A stretch of DNA of 63,967 nucleotides, counting the filler, from Octopus bimaculoides (lineage: Eukaryota), in assembly GCF_001194135.2 (NCBI RefSeq). It is 8 parts of 7 records of this genome, joined end to end, with 100 filler letters (N's around TTAATTAATTAA, not from the genome) between each part and the next. Parts side by side here need not be neighbours in the genome. Positions count along the whole stretch, not along the records: positions 1 to 24,681 come from NC_068983.1; positions 24,782 to 26,999 come from NW_026370972.1; 6 more parts are not named here. One strand, 5' to 3'. Each line of letters begins with the position of its first letter. The first letter of the stretch is position 1. This document shows, piece after piece, positions 13,151-25,103 of this stretch. Made by a program: the position numbers and the translations under genes. Under the pieces are notes generated by a model. The model was given only the letters and a program-made list of their open reading frames with translations. It was not told the DNA's origin and ran no database searches.

Positions 13151-14423
13151 CACTTAGAGATACATAGTGGCAGGTAAACAAGAGCTAGATTGGCATTTCA
13201 TCCCATATAAAATTCTTTACCTAGTCTTGCGTCTTAATGGCATCCATATCTTAGACAAACAATCAAGGAAGGCAAAACTAAAACTCGTGGAAATAAACAA
13301 ACAAACCGAAGATTCGCCTTCCTCCAGTCACAGATGCGCTGCTCTATTTTAAGGAAATATTCCATAATGCACAAACAAACATTTAAAAATAGTCTTAGAT
13401 ACACAAATTTACTGAAGTGTGTGTATAGATCGACCAATTCTTTTCAAAGTAATCACCACTAAAAAAAAAGAAAAGAAAAAAAACGTATACACTTACACAG
13501 ACATACATGTTTGAATGCATGCATGCATACATACGTACATACATACATATGGTAAACAATAACGTCCGTAAGAGAGTAATATGCTTACAAATAGAGATAT
13601 GCCCGAAAATTCCAATTTCTCTCTCATATGTGTGTGTGTACACACATATAAATATATGTATGCATGTATGTATGTATTTATTATGTATTTATGTATTTAT
13701 TATGTATGTATGTATGTATTTATTATGTATGTATGTATGTATGTATGTATGTATATGAATGTGGCTCCTTTCCTTTCTAAAGTATAATACAGTGATGACA
13801 CACCGCTACAGTAGAGAAGAGAAGAAGAATATTTACAGTTAATTTTGAGATAGCTTCAAAATAAACAAATTCGCACTGCGTCCTTCCACGCCATACATAG
13901 AACAACGAGCGTAATTGGAAATATACGATTTTTCACCGACTTAGCAAAGTAGATTTGATGGCGCATACTGTGTTAAAATATACGAACGGATTAATCTGTC
14001 TAAAGTATATTGTGTGCTTTAATGGGAATTCAATGCATCTTGGGAAAAAGATGATATTTTCATTTTATTAGGCTTACATTACAGATTTTAAAGAGCATCA
14101 CTTTACGATGCTGTGTTAAGTTCGCTTATTAGCAATCAGTTTTTATGCTGGTTGCTCTAGCTGTCAAATCAAGAAACAGGCAGGCGTGATCGTTATTCAT
14201 AGAGAGAAAGCCGTTACTAACAAAGAGATGTCAGGAATACACAATTAGGACGATATACAAATTAAAACTAATCTCATTGGCTTCATGTGTGAATGAAATT
14301 AGTCTTTCGAGAGAACACTATCCTTCCACAAACGCCTCCACCTTCTTCACCGCTTCCGCCTGCACCTCTCCCAGTCAGCACCTCTTGTTTGAAATGGTCT
14401 AAATATGTGCGCAAATGAGTGTT

Positions 14424-14455
<32 letters not shown>

Positions 14456-14576
14456 TGTATGTATGTATGTATGTCTCTGTGTCTCTCTTTCTCTCTCTCT
14501 TTCTCCTCTATGTATATGTTTATATATATATATATATATAATATATATACATATACATATGTGTGCGTGTGTGCCG

Positions 14577-14613
<37 letters not shown>

Positions 14614-14800
14614 TATAATACATATCTGTGTGTGTGCGTATATATATACACGTACATACGGGTATACACATAGTTATGTGTGTATTATAGATATATATGT
14701 ATGTATATAGATGCATACTTACTCTTATGTATGTGTGTATATAAATCAGGAGACAGACAGACAGATAGGCAAAGCAATAGGGAGAGAGAGAGAGAGAGAG

Positions 14801-14900
14801 GAAGAGAAAGAGAGAGAGAGGAAGAGAAAGAGAGAGAGAGGAAGAGAAAGAGAGAGAGAGGAAGAGAAAGAGAGAGAGAGGAAGAGAAAGAGAGAGAGAG
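14801..14900. repeat. Five exact copies of a 20-bp purine unit (gaagagaaagagagagagag)
   Basis: Directly visible. Confidence 0.95.
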
Positions 14901-15944
14901 CAGAAGATGTAGAGGTGAACATCAATAGAATTAGTGTCAAATGAAAATGAAATAGCATCAGTTGGGAGAACATTAAACATAAAAACAATGGAGTTGTGTT
15001 AGGCAAGTTATTTATTTTATTCATTTTCTCCGATCGAAACCATGTTTTATAGTGATCAAAACTCTTAGTTCTTCATTGAAACACACACGCACACACACAT
15101 ATACACATACACACGCACGCACGTACACGCACTCAGCTTACTTGTCAAAGATTTCAGTTCAATGACTTTCTACCTCTTCCTACCCAGCATGCTTTGCACT
15201 CGCTCTATCTCACTAATTAACCGGCAGTTTTAACACATAATAACTTTTAATCATTCATTTTCAAAATAAATCAATAGGTAGATAAATATTTGTTTTCTTT
15301 ACTTTGCAGCATTCACTTATTTCTTTTGTTATTACTGTTGAGAAGATAGGGAGGGTAAAGTTTAAGCGAAATGCATCGTCAACGAACCGGTTTCGATTTG
15401 TAGTAGTATTCATTATATTCAATTTCTGTTGTTGGAAGTGCTCTTAAGAACGATATAAATGGCTGACACGCTCCACATCAATGTCCAGAAAGGCTAGGAA
15501 GAGAAGAACGAGAGAACAACATGCAAGACCTGTTAAAATTTGCGACCAAATTGTTTCATATGTCTCTGTACAATACCCTAATCTCGTTGTTCTGAGTTGT
15601 ACTTCATTCTCGCAAAGGAGAAATTGTGAAAAGGTTCATAGCTTACGGTTGTTTTGTTGTTTGTATTATAACATATATTGATACTCTGCGATTGTCTTCA
15701 TCGGTAGTCTAATTATAGCTAGATCAATACTTAATTAAAGGTTTCTAGTTTTAGGAAGATTTATGGCATATATTACACAGTACGTCACAATAAATGTTCG
15801 AGTATTGTGTCTTCAACACGTTTAACTATGGAACAGTATCGAAGGCATAATCGGAACCTTTGACATAGATGAAATCAATTTAACTATGGAACGTCAGCGA
15901 GACATAATCGCCCTCTTTGACGTAATCAAACAATGTGATGAAGA

Positions 15945-15983
<39 letters not shown>

Positions 15984-17929
15984 AGAACGTTTTATAAAAT
16001 GTGGGATTTTCGAGGTACGCAGTAACATGTTCTAAATGTAGTCCTGCAAAGCATAAATGATCGAATGTATGTGCGCACACGCGTGTGCGTTTCAATCCAA
16101 ACAGAGTAATCGGAATCTACGTAGTAGTTTGGTCTTCAAATCACATTCCTACTGACTTAAAAATGGTGGGAGGACACACGATGTAGTCCTAGTAACATTG
16201 TTAAAAAAAAAAGTTAAATAATGAGTTGCACACGACTGAAATGCCTTTTATCATATGTCTACTTGCATTGGTGCATTGTAGCCGATTGGATTAATATTTG
16301 ATCGCTTCATAGCTATAAGGTCCAGGATTGGATAACACTGCGTATTATCTCGGGTAAATGTCATCATAGTCATGGATCTAGACATACTATGTAAGTGAAA
16401 TTGGTTAGACGAAAACTGTATAGAAGTCTCTGTCTAATAGATTATACTTGTAATTCAAAAGGCACAATCTTGTTATGCTATATCACACTGATTCAGCCTG
16501 AGATTTACGATAAGGATATGTGTGTCTATGGAATGCTAACCCCTTATACGTAAATTCAGTGGCAGGTAATTCAAGTGATCGAACAACTGAATCCTTATCA
16601 TCGAACGACGGAAATCCACTACCATTTGCTCCACGACAAACTAAACCTAAGCTTAAACATTTTCCTACTAATATCAGCTTTGCTTTTCCTTTGCAAGTGA
16701 TTAGTGCTTTCCGGCTTTTTATATAAGTTACAATTTACGGAATCTCCCTCAGCACGCTCGAATTTTTCCGCGCGATTCACATTTGACTATTTCGTAATAT
16801 ATGCACAAGGCTACAAATTTTAGGATCGGTTTATGATTGGTACTTGATTTAATCGATCTCAGAAGGACGAAAAGTGAATTTTAACTCAGAGCGTAACGGC
16901 AGGATTTTAACTCAGAGCGTATCGTTAAGAGCCAGAATAAATAATTTATCTGACGTCCTAACAATTCTGCCAATCGACTACCCTAAACCGAACACAAATT
17001 ACCTAAGCAATAAATGTATTCTACTCTTTTTTTATAAGTCTAAGTCCCTTCGCTACTGGAGACAAGGTTGGACAATTGTCATACTGATGACGCGTATTGA
17101 GACAGAACATATCTTTCGAATGTCTAGAGAAAAAATGCTTTTCTTTTTCCTAAATGGCATGTCAGTTTCGAAGACCTCTTAACTCTTGAGACAATCTCCC
17201 CTTCTGAAGAGGAGCTGGTCTTAATTGCTATTTGGTAATTATGATGCATCCTCTTAAGACGGAGATAATTTTAATAAATCAAGACTACGGTATTTGATAA
17301 AATCTGTATTTGTCTATGTCGTTCATGTATGAGCCTCTGACTACTTCGAGTTATTTCTTTAGATCATTTTTGATTAAATTAGATTATAACAAACTAGTCT
17401 TTGTAACTGTAATTAACTTTTTATTGCTCACTACATTGAATATGTTAACATTTTCTTTACTCTTGTTTTCAGGCAGACGCTGTTTGCGAATTATTTTACA
17501 CTTGAGCAATTGTGTTTTTATACACCAGCCAATAAGTCATCTGATATTTTAGGTCAATGTTTCTTTCGTCATCACTTAGGAAAGTGTAAGACCTATTAAT
17601 ACTTAGTGAGGCCAAAGTTAAACCGAAATAAGCCTGGTTTATCGCCTATATTTACCGAGAAAATGAAAATAGCATTTGGTCAGTGACTAGTATTGCTTTA
17701 CAGGATTATGTATAGTTACCCTTTTAATAATTATGTCATGTTGCTTTTTTGATGCTCAGGTCATTAAATATATTCATAATAATTAAGTAATCGTCTACTT
17801 GGTTACTGGATAATACTAAGAATAATTTGTTTGAAAAAAGCATGACAAAGGCTAAACAGTCTTCACCCAGAGATTTTACACTAAAAAGAAACAACGAAGA
17901 AATTATTTGATAAAGTAACAATTTAACAC

Positions 17930-17996
<67 letters not shown>

Positions 17997-18199
17997 CGGA
18001 GGAAAGAGTTGTTTTTCACCAAATTACAACGCTCACTCATAAGACAATGGACAACTGAGAAATAGTTTCAAATGTCCACAAACGCGTTGTTTGTTAAATC
18101 CTATCAATGTACATGAAGTGCTAACACAATACATTATATTTTAGAGTTTAAGTAAGGTATTTACTACAACTACCATCATTTGTTTTTGTTTCATCTCAG

Positions 18200-18214
18200 G
18201 CTGGGATTTGCTGC
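18200..18214 (+). CDS. Candidate 15-nt microexon (LGFAA in phase 2)
   Basis: tttgtttttgtttcatctcag / GCTGGGATTTGCTGC / gtaagt: strong acceptor, perfect donor, frame-preserving. Confidence 0.65.
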
Positions 18215-18357
18215 GTAAGTTATGTAGTTCTTTGTCCGAGTGTTCAGCTATCGGCAATATCTACTAAATCTTTTATGAAAAGATTACTGGAATTTATCGT
18301 CTTCTAAATAGATATCTGTTGTTACGAAAATTTTCTTAAATTTTCTCTTCTTTACAG

Positions 18358-18365
18358 AAGCGCTG
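18358..18365 (+). CDS. Candidate 8-nt microexon (AAGCGCTG) converting phase 2 to phase 1
   Basis: ttttctcttctttacag acceptor, G/GTCAGT donor. Its length is what is needed to join the 15-nt exon to the 18544 ORF in frame. Confidence 0.55.
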
Positions 18366-18543
18366 GTCAGTGAATTAAATAGATTAAAACGTACATGGTC
18401 TTGTTTTACGCCCGTTTCAATTAATGTTGGTAGTAAAACATAAATTACAAACTATTTCAATTGTTTAATTAAATACCTTTAACTAACATTAACCGGCATT
18501 TTAGAAGTTAGACTGCTTGCTCAGTTCTTAATGTTTAATACAG

Positions 18544-18893
18544 CTACTGTTGGTACTGCATCTGCGACTGAACTTCTTTCTAACAATGGTATTCTAGCAA
18601 GTAGTATGTTTTCCTTGGCTTCTCCTATCCTTATTACAACACTTTCAATGTTTCTTAACTTACTACACATATGTCGTCTGCACATATCTCGTCTACATAT
18701 GTCGTCTGCACTCGGAAGTAATAATGGAAACGGTATGGGTATTCAGGAGGACAGCCTTCCTCCCTTTCTAGTTAACGAGAAGTCTTATATAGTCCATTCC
18801 AATCCATTACCATCACCACCACCACCTTACATCCTATCTTTAGCCTCAGTGATCTTAGCGTACCTTAAAATCCATTTCGGTCACTTCTCTTAA
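18544..18893 (+). CDS. Candidate terminal coding exon: Ser/Thr/Ala stalk, hydrophobic GPI/TM-like segment, tail with PPxY
   Basis: Acceptor ttcttaatgtttaatacag. About 116 open codons: ATVGTASATELLSNNG-ILASSMFSLASPILITTLSMFLNLLHIC-...LPSPPPPY...FS*. No resemblance to a TE protein seen. Family not identified. Confidence 0.55.
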
Positions 18894-18960
18894 GTTGGCC
18901 TGATTGCCATGTTATGTTATTGCCACCTAAGTTCTGTTCAAATTATTCCTGATTTTATGC

Positions 18961-18966
18961 AATAAA
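18961..18966 (+). promoter_or_regulatory. Possible polyadenylation signal AATAAA
   Basis: First AATAAA after the candidate stop codon; the hexamer is common in AT-rich DNA. Confidence 0.2.
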
Positions 18967-19899
18967 GGGGATTTGTTAGCGTTTACTTCTGTTGTGCATT
19001 CTATCGTGAAGCTGACGAGGAATGATCAGAAGAAATCCATTTCATTTTTAGTATTTTCAATGGCGGGAAATTTGCTAAAAGTCTTTAAAAATACAGTTAA
19101 AAATACAGTTAACTCTTGATTATTCGAACAAGAGAGGTGGAGTGTATTTTTCGGATAACTTATTTTTGAGAGAACTGATTCGATTAAATTTGTAGTTGCT
19201 GTTGTTGTTGGGTGAAGTTGTTTGCGGTATTCGTCGAGTGGGCCTTCTGGTTCTCCTTTATTTTCGTGAACATCAAGTGGTTGGTATTACCATATGTGTA
19301 ATACCTAAGCCTTCTGCTTTCTGCTATGACCTCCAATTGTGACTTATATGGCAGTTAAATCGGGTCGGAAGTCTTTTCTTAGATATCTCATTTTACTTGA
19401 GTGAAGATCTCTTACTCCTCCCGGCCCAATTTTCTTAATATCGAGCAAGATGTCCTATGACCATCCACCAAACATTTAATTGTTATGGTGCACCTGATAT
19501 TTTTGCTGACCAAGGTATGGTAATGTGTGCATGTGTGTGGCATCTCTAACTACTGGTTCTTAACGAACAGACACGCTGGTACATAATAAATTTGTCAGTT
19601 CTTTCTGCCCATTGTAAAGGGACTACCAACTGAATTCTCCTACTCCATTTGTTGATGAGCTTCTCTGCTATACTCAGGTTCATGTGCTTGTCTTTCGTCG
19701 AGGCTGGTTTATGGATGTGCCAGTGTAGACATGGAGCAGCTATAAGGGATCTTATTCAGGTCGCAAGATAGAAATTTTACTCAGTCAGCGTATAATACTA
19801 GTGTAAGATGGCCCCTGTTCAAAATATTCGGCTGCATAGGCCATAAATTTGCGCGGCAAAAATTGCAATATTCAGCCAAATTAAACAGCAGTTGAAACA

Positions 19900-20220
19900 A
19901 GGAAGGTGGAAAGTGCAAATCATCCAGCTTGGATAGTCTGTCCTACTGGGATCGATGTAATCGACTAACACCACTTCCCAACAACTTTGTTGCCTTTTGC
20001 CTAAATTTCAATACACACTTATGCTAACCAACAAAGTTCAAATCTCACCGAGATCAAATTTGCCTTTCATCCTTTCGGGGTCGATAAAATACAGTGTTCA
20101 AATTCCAGCGAGATCAACATTGCCTTTTGTCCATGAAATGGTACCGGTCAAGTGCTGGAGTCGATCTAATCGAGTTGCCCCTTGTCCCTCAAAATTGCTC
20201 GCCTTGTGTTAAAAACATTA
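19900..20220 (+). mobile_element. Nested/partial SINE family A fragments
   Basis: Two successive gttcaaat...gagatcaa..tgccttt segments and gtcgat(c/g)taatcga tails. Confidence 0.7.
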
Positions 20221-20372
20221 CAACTAAAGGCGGCGACCTAGCGAAATACGCCGAGGCCATTTTTGCCAATCATCCTTTCGGTTTTGATATATATGGTTTT
20301 TCAGACTAATTGATATGGAGTGATCAACACTCGTTAGCTTCTAATAAACTGACATAGTGCCTCTCTGCTTTT

Positions 20373-20374
<2 letters not shown>

Positions 20375-20451
<77 letters not shown>

Positions 20452-20452
20452 A
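20375..20452. repeat. (CTA)n microsatellite
   Basis: Directly visible. Confidence 0.95.
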
Positions 20453-20796
20453 GTAACCACTGCTCTTTGAATCTAACTACTTGCCTGCCACCTTCTTCAA
20501 ACCCACTGTTCCTCTCTTCCTCTTGCCACCCAACCTGTGTCCCTTCTTCCCTTGACCCTATACTCATCACTATGCCACAAATTTTTCCCCTGCCTATGAA
20601 AATGATACACCGTCCTCTTTTTTCTTCTTTTTTTTTTTTGTCCCACAATCGATGGCATGCAGATGAGGAAACTGGACGTCAACCAGGTAGATTTCATCGT
20701 GTTATGACTTCGTCTAGATATATAAGCGCAGTCATAAGACTGTAATTAATAAGTTTGCTTCGCAATCATGTGGTTCCAGATATGACGCCATTATGT

Positions 20797-22086
20797 ACAG
20801 GATACCCTCAAAAGTGTATATACACTTTTTGTGGTACCCTGGTACTGCTGATATCTTATTTAATTTTCTTTGTTTTTTTCTTTTTTAGATTTAATACATT
20901 AGAAATAATGAAATGAAATAGATTAGATTTGATGAAGGGAAATTTGTCCCAAAATGTTACTGGAAGTTTGAAAACGCAATCAAAGTTCAAAGACAGTTTA
21001 GGAGGGAATTTCAAACATATCCACCACCTACGCGACGTACTACTAATCGAATTAGAAATAAGATTGAAGCAGGCCAGCCTGTTCAGAATGTCGACAAGAA
21101 ATGTTCGAGAAAACCACAGGCATCGACGATCCCCCAAAATCAAGAAAGGGTACTAGGAACGTATTGACAGAGGCCAAGAACATCTGTGCAGCAAGCGAGT
21201 CATAAGAATTTCAAAGCAAAATTCAAAGAATGTTGAAGTCAAGCGGCAATCGCATTTTGAAGCACTGTTATTGGAAAAGCTACATTCCAAGAATGAACCA
21301 TGCTTTCAATGAAGATGATCTGAGTCTAAGAAAGAAATTTTGCGAGCGCTACTTGGCAAGATGTGTAGAAGATACACGCTTTCCGACAAAGATTGTTTGA
21401 AGTGATAAGGTTATATTCAAGTTAAATGACTCAGTTAATCGCCACAATTGCACTTACTGAGGAGCTGAGAATTTGCATATTACGTAGGAATATCAGTTCA
21501 ATTTATTAGGAGTTACAGTATAGAGCGGCTTATCATCAAAAGGATTAATTGGACGATTCTTTTTTGATAGTACTCTGTTTTAATTTACTTGAACTTGCTG
21601 CGATAATCTTCATGCCAAGTATTCAATAGAATTTTGAAGATGTGGAGTTTTACATCCAGTAAAATCGGGCAGCCCACACTACCATAACGATGGCCAGCCT
21701 TGATATTTTCAAACAGATGGATTGGATGAAGAGATTCAGTAGAATACATACCGCGTTCGACGGAGCTCACACTACTAGACTTTTTACTGGAATACTTAAA
21801 ATATAAATTCAACGGTACAAAACTGGCAACAGACGACGAAGTCAGGGCCAGCATTCAACGAGACTGCATAGAAATGCGCAACAAAATGTTTGTTGACGTT
21901 TCCGATTCAAGTGTTTTGCTTTATCGGCAATTCGTGGACCAGAATAACTATCAGTGTGAAATGAGGCCTTCATAAAAATTAAATTCTGGATATAGATTCT
22001 ATTAAATTTAAAAAATGAAATATATTTTAATAAAGACTAACATTATCATAATTCAATATGTGCACACATTTTTGAGAGACTCTCTA
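20797..22086 (+). mobile_element. Near full-length dead Tc1/mariner element (DD37D/maT-like, DUF4817-type HTH)
   Basis: CYWKFENAIKVQRQFRREFQT (HTH), SDKVIFKLNDSVNRHNC (~WSDEAxF..NRHNC), RWIG*RDSVEYIPRSTELTLLDF (~WPPRSPDLTPLDF). Left TIR tacaggataccctcaaaagtgta; degenerate right TIR cacatttttgagagactctcta. Confidence 0.85.
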
Positions 22087-22200
22087 TATAATTGTATATA
22101 TACACGCATGTGCGTATATATGGATATCAATATAACTATATGTACACAAGTATAAATATATATATATATGTGTATATTATATTATATATATATATATATA

Positions 22201-22248
<48 letters not shown>

Positions 22249-22492
22249 NNNNNNNNNNNNNNNNNNNNNNNNNNNNNNNNNNNNNNNNNNNNNNNNNNNN
22301 NNNNNNNNNNNNNNNNNNNNNTATATAGTCCACGGAAAATAAAGGGACTATCGAACGCAAGATGGCTGTGAAAACAGCTTAGAAAATCGGGAAAATACCC
22401 ATCAAAGGCGGAAAAACAGTGGTCAGCAAGCCACTACAGACTATCGAGGCTGTACCATTGAGCTAAGAGACCCCTTTGTTGCAAAACGTTCT

Positions 22493-22524
<32 letters not shown>

Positions 22525-22644
22525 CATACATACATACATGCATACATACATACGTATGTACGTACGTACGTATGCATGTATGTTGTATGTATATTTATAA
22601 ACATAAAGTTAGGATGTATGAGAGGTGAACTGAGATATATTTAA

Positions 22645-22868
22645 ACATGAGACTTCCATAAGATTACGGCCGTTTCGTAACGTCCATGTTGTATTAATTT
22701 CAGTACTCAATAAATTATGTGTAGATGTTAACATTAATATGTATGCTTGGTATTATACAATCTAATTGTGTATTCACAAATTAATGCAAATAAAGAAGGC
22801 TTGCCCATCAGATCACCACAACATGAAGAAGGTTGCGAAACGGCCGTAGCTTATGGAAGACATATGGT
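22645..22868. mobile_element. MITE-like element with ~48-bp imperfect terminal inverted repeats
   Basis: cttccataagattacggccgtttcgtaac...catgttgt (22645-22692) pairs with acaacatg...gttgcgaaacggccgtagcttatggaag (22818-22868). Confidence 0.75.
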
Positions 22869-23422
22869 TAAATAAATCTACATTTCCCTCTCACAACTCC
22901 TCACTTCATGTTTTTATATCCTCGTCACTATACAGTGTAGTATATATAAGTTATTATTTTTGTTATTAATAATTGGTAGAACCTATAAGTTTGATAAGTG
23001 CATCGGCACTTACCAAACATATCAAAGTGTAGTAATTGCCAATGCGCTCTGTAACTTTTACCCACTATTAAGAATCATATATGTATGTGTGTATATATAT
23101 ATATATNNNNNNNNNNNNNNNNNNNNNNNNNNNNNNNNNNNNNNNNNNNNNNNNNNNNNNNNNNNNNNNNNNNNNNNNNNNNNNNNNNNNNNNNNNNNNN
23201 NNNNNNNNNNNNNNNNNNNNNNNNNNNNNNNNNNNNNNNNNNNNNNNNNNNNNNNNNNNNNNNNNNNNNNNNNNNNNNNNNNNNNNNNNNNNNNNNNNNN
23301 NNNNNNNNNNNNNNNNNNNNNNNNNNNNNNNNNNNNNNNNNNNNNNNNNNNNNNNNNNNNNNNNNNNNNNNNNNNNNNNNNNNNNNNNNNNNNNNNNNNN
23401 NNNNNNATATATATAGATATAG

Positions 23423-23461
<39 letters not shown>

Positions 23462-23489
23462 TACGTTGTGAAGGTGAATGGCATAATGG

Positions 23490-23705
23490 CTAGAGATGCT
23501 GCGCTCATGATCGTAAGATAGTGATTTCGATTCCTGCACTTGGCGATACTTTGTGTTCTTAAGCAAAACATTTTATTTCACGTAGCTCCAGTTCGCTTAG
23601 CTGGTAAGAATGAATAGCCCTGCGATGGGCCGTCCAAGGGAGAATGTATATGTGCCACAGAATCCGGGAAACTGGACCCTTGAGCCTATGGCTCGAGATG
23701 AACCT
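23490..23705 (+). mobile_element. Diverged SINE (family C head: ttcgattcc...tgtgttctt(a/g)agcaa...)
   Basis: Similar to 37310-37450 and the reverse complement of 43040-43225. Confidence 0.6.
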
Positions 23706-24159
23706 TTGATTTTCTTTTTTATGAATATATGTTCAGATTGATTGATTGATTGATTGATGGATGGACGGATGGATGGATGGATAAACTAACAATAGTAATA
23801 TATACCTTACATTTAAAATGAAAAAAATTGATTTTGCTTAGAGTAATTAGTTTAATGATAGTGAAAAAAAATGTCACTTCTTAGATGTTCTCACATATTC
23901 CAATATTGTTCTAAACTTGGCTTTCGTCTTCTTGATCTGTATAGCAATTCCACGAAAGAGTATTTTAGTTATTATTGCAGGGCATTTTATTGATACTTTT
24001 ACTAAAACAGCTTAATTAATCTTAATTTCCATACGCAATGTTACTTTCGGTGATTCGAGAATATTTGTAAAATGTTTCGGCCGTAGACTTGAATTATTAG
24101 TTTTCCTGATACTTCAGCCGTTTCCTTACATCACTGTTTTCTAATACACAGTGTATATA

Positions 24160-24369
24160 CCGTATTTTCCGGCATACAAGTTGATGTATGTTGTGTAGAT
24201 ATGTAGTGTAAGCATTGTGCCATCCTCACTGGGTTTTTTTCCCAAATCCTGCTGCATTTCAAATGGAATCTTTGGTCCTCCAACGTTGTCTTTGTGTGTA
24301 AGTCGACCTAGCTTTTTTTGGCTGCAAATTTTGGTCTGAAAATTTCGTCTTGTATACTGGAAAATACAG
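24160..24369. mobile_element. pogo/Tigger-type MITE with TA target duplication
   Basis: TA-ccgtattttccggcatacaag ... cttgtatactggaaaatacag-TA. Confidence 0.8.
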
Positions 24370-24444
24370 TAAACAATAAAAATTTCCAGCGTCTCATTTT
24401 TTTGGGGTCAGCTGCGGAGGTATCACACGCCTATATAGTTAAGA

Positions 24445-24681
24445 ACATCTGGGTGCAAATAATTCATGAGTATTTTTTTAAAATTCAAATTTTAAAATGC
24501 ACGCAGAAATTAAACGCATTGGCAAAAATGTTTTATGTTGTTTAAAAGAGAACTTTTGCTCCACAAGATATTGTGTTTTGATTTTTCAATTTTATTGATT
24601 TTTGTGTATTTCTAGATCATTAAAATGGAATGTCAAGTGGACAAAACTGAGCATTTTCGACACCATTTACTTTTTGCATTT
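24445..24681 (+). mobile_element. Mariner 5' end with transposase N-terminus, cut by a gap
   Basis: ATG at 24625: MECQVDKTEHFRHHLLFAF, matching the mariner/SETMAR-type N-terminus (xxEHFRHxLLFxF). Confidence 0.8.
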
Positions 24682-25103
24682 NNNNNNNNNNNNNNNNNNN
24701 NNNNNNNNNNNNNNNNNNNNNNNNNTTAATTAATTAANNNNNNNNNNNNNNNNNNNNNNNNNNNNNNNNNNNNNNNNNNNNGTACCGAATATTGAAATTT
24801 ATGAACTTCGTAAATATGTGTTTCAGTAATTGATCGTAGTAGAGAGTGAGAGACGTCGCCGTTTTTTCACGTCCGTACCGGAAGTTGACATTGAGAAACC
24901 TTTTTAAAGAAGTGAATCTTAAATATAAAGCAATATTATTTATTTTTAATTAGAGATAAAAAAAAAATCAAATGAAGAGCCTAAGATTTATCCGAGGTCA
25001 AATTATTTATGTATCACAAGTATGGAAGTAAATAGTGAAGCCGTTTTCACGTGAAAAGCGATTACACACACACCTCTGTTTTATATATAGTATAGATTAT
25101 ATC

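Noticed and set aside
15310-15354. 45-nt exon-like segment after a strong acceptor
   Set aside because: Open only in phase 0, incompatible with the phase-2 chain; donor GTAAAG is modest.
15821-15925. Two ~58-bp spaced repeats starting tttaactatggaac (CRISPR-like look)
   Set aside because: Only two degenerate units, similarity runs through the whole unit, eukaryotic context, no cas genes: an old tandem duplication.
18119-18160. TGCTAAC branch point, TTTTAG acceptor and GTAAGG/GTATTT donors (7- or 12-nt exon at 18145)
   Set aside because: Gives a stop in the phase-2 chain and would leave only a 43-48-nt intron before 18200. Worth a glance in RNA-seq but not supported.
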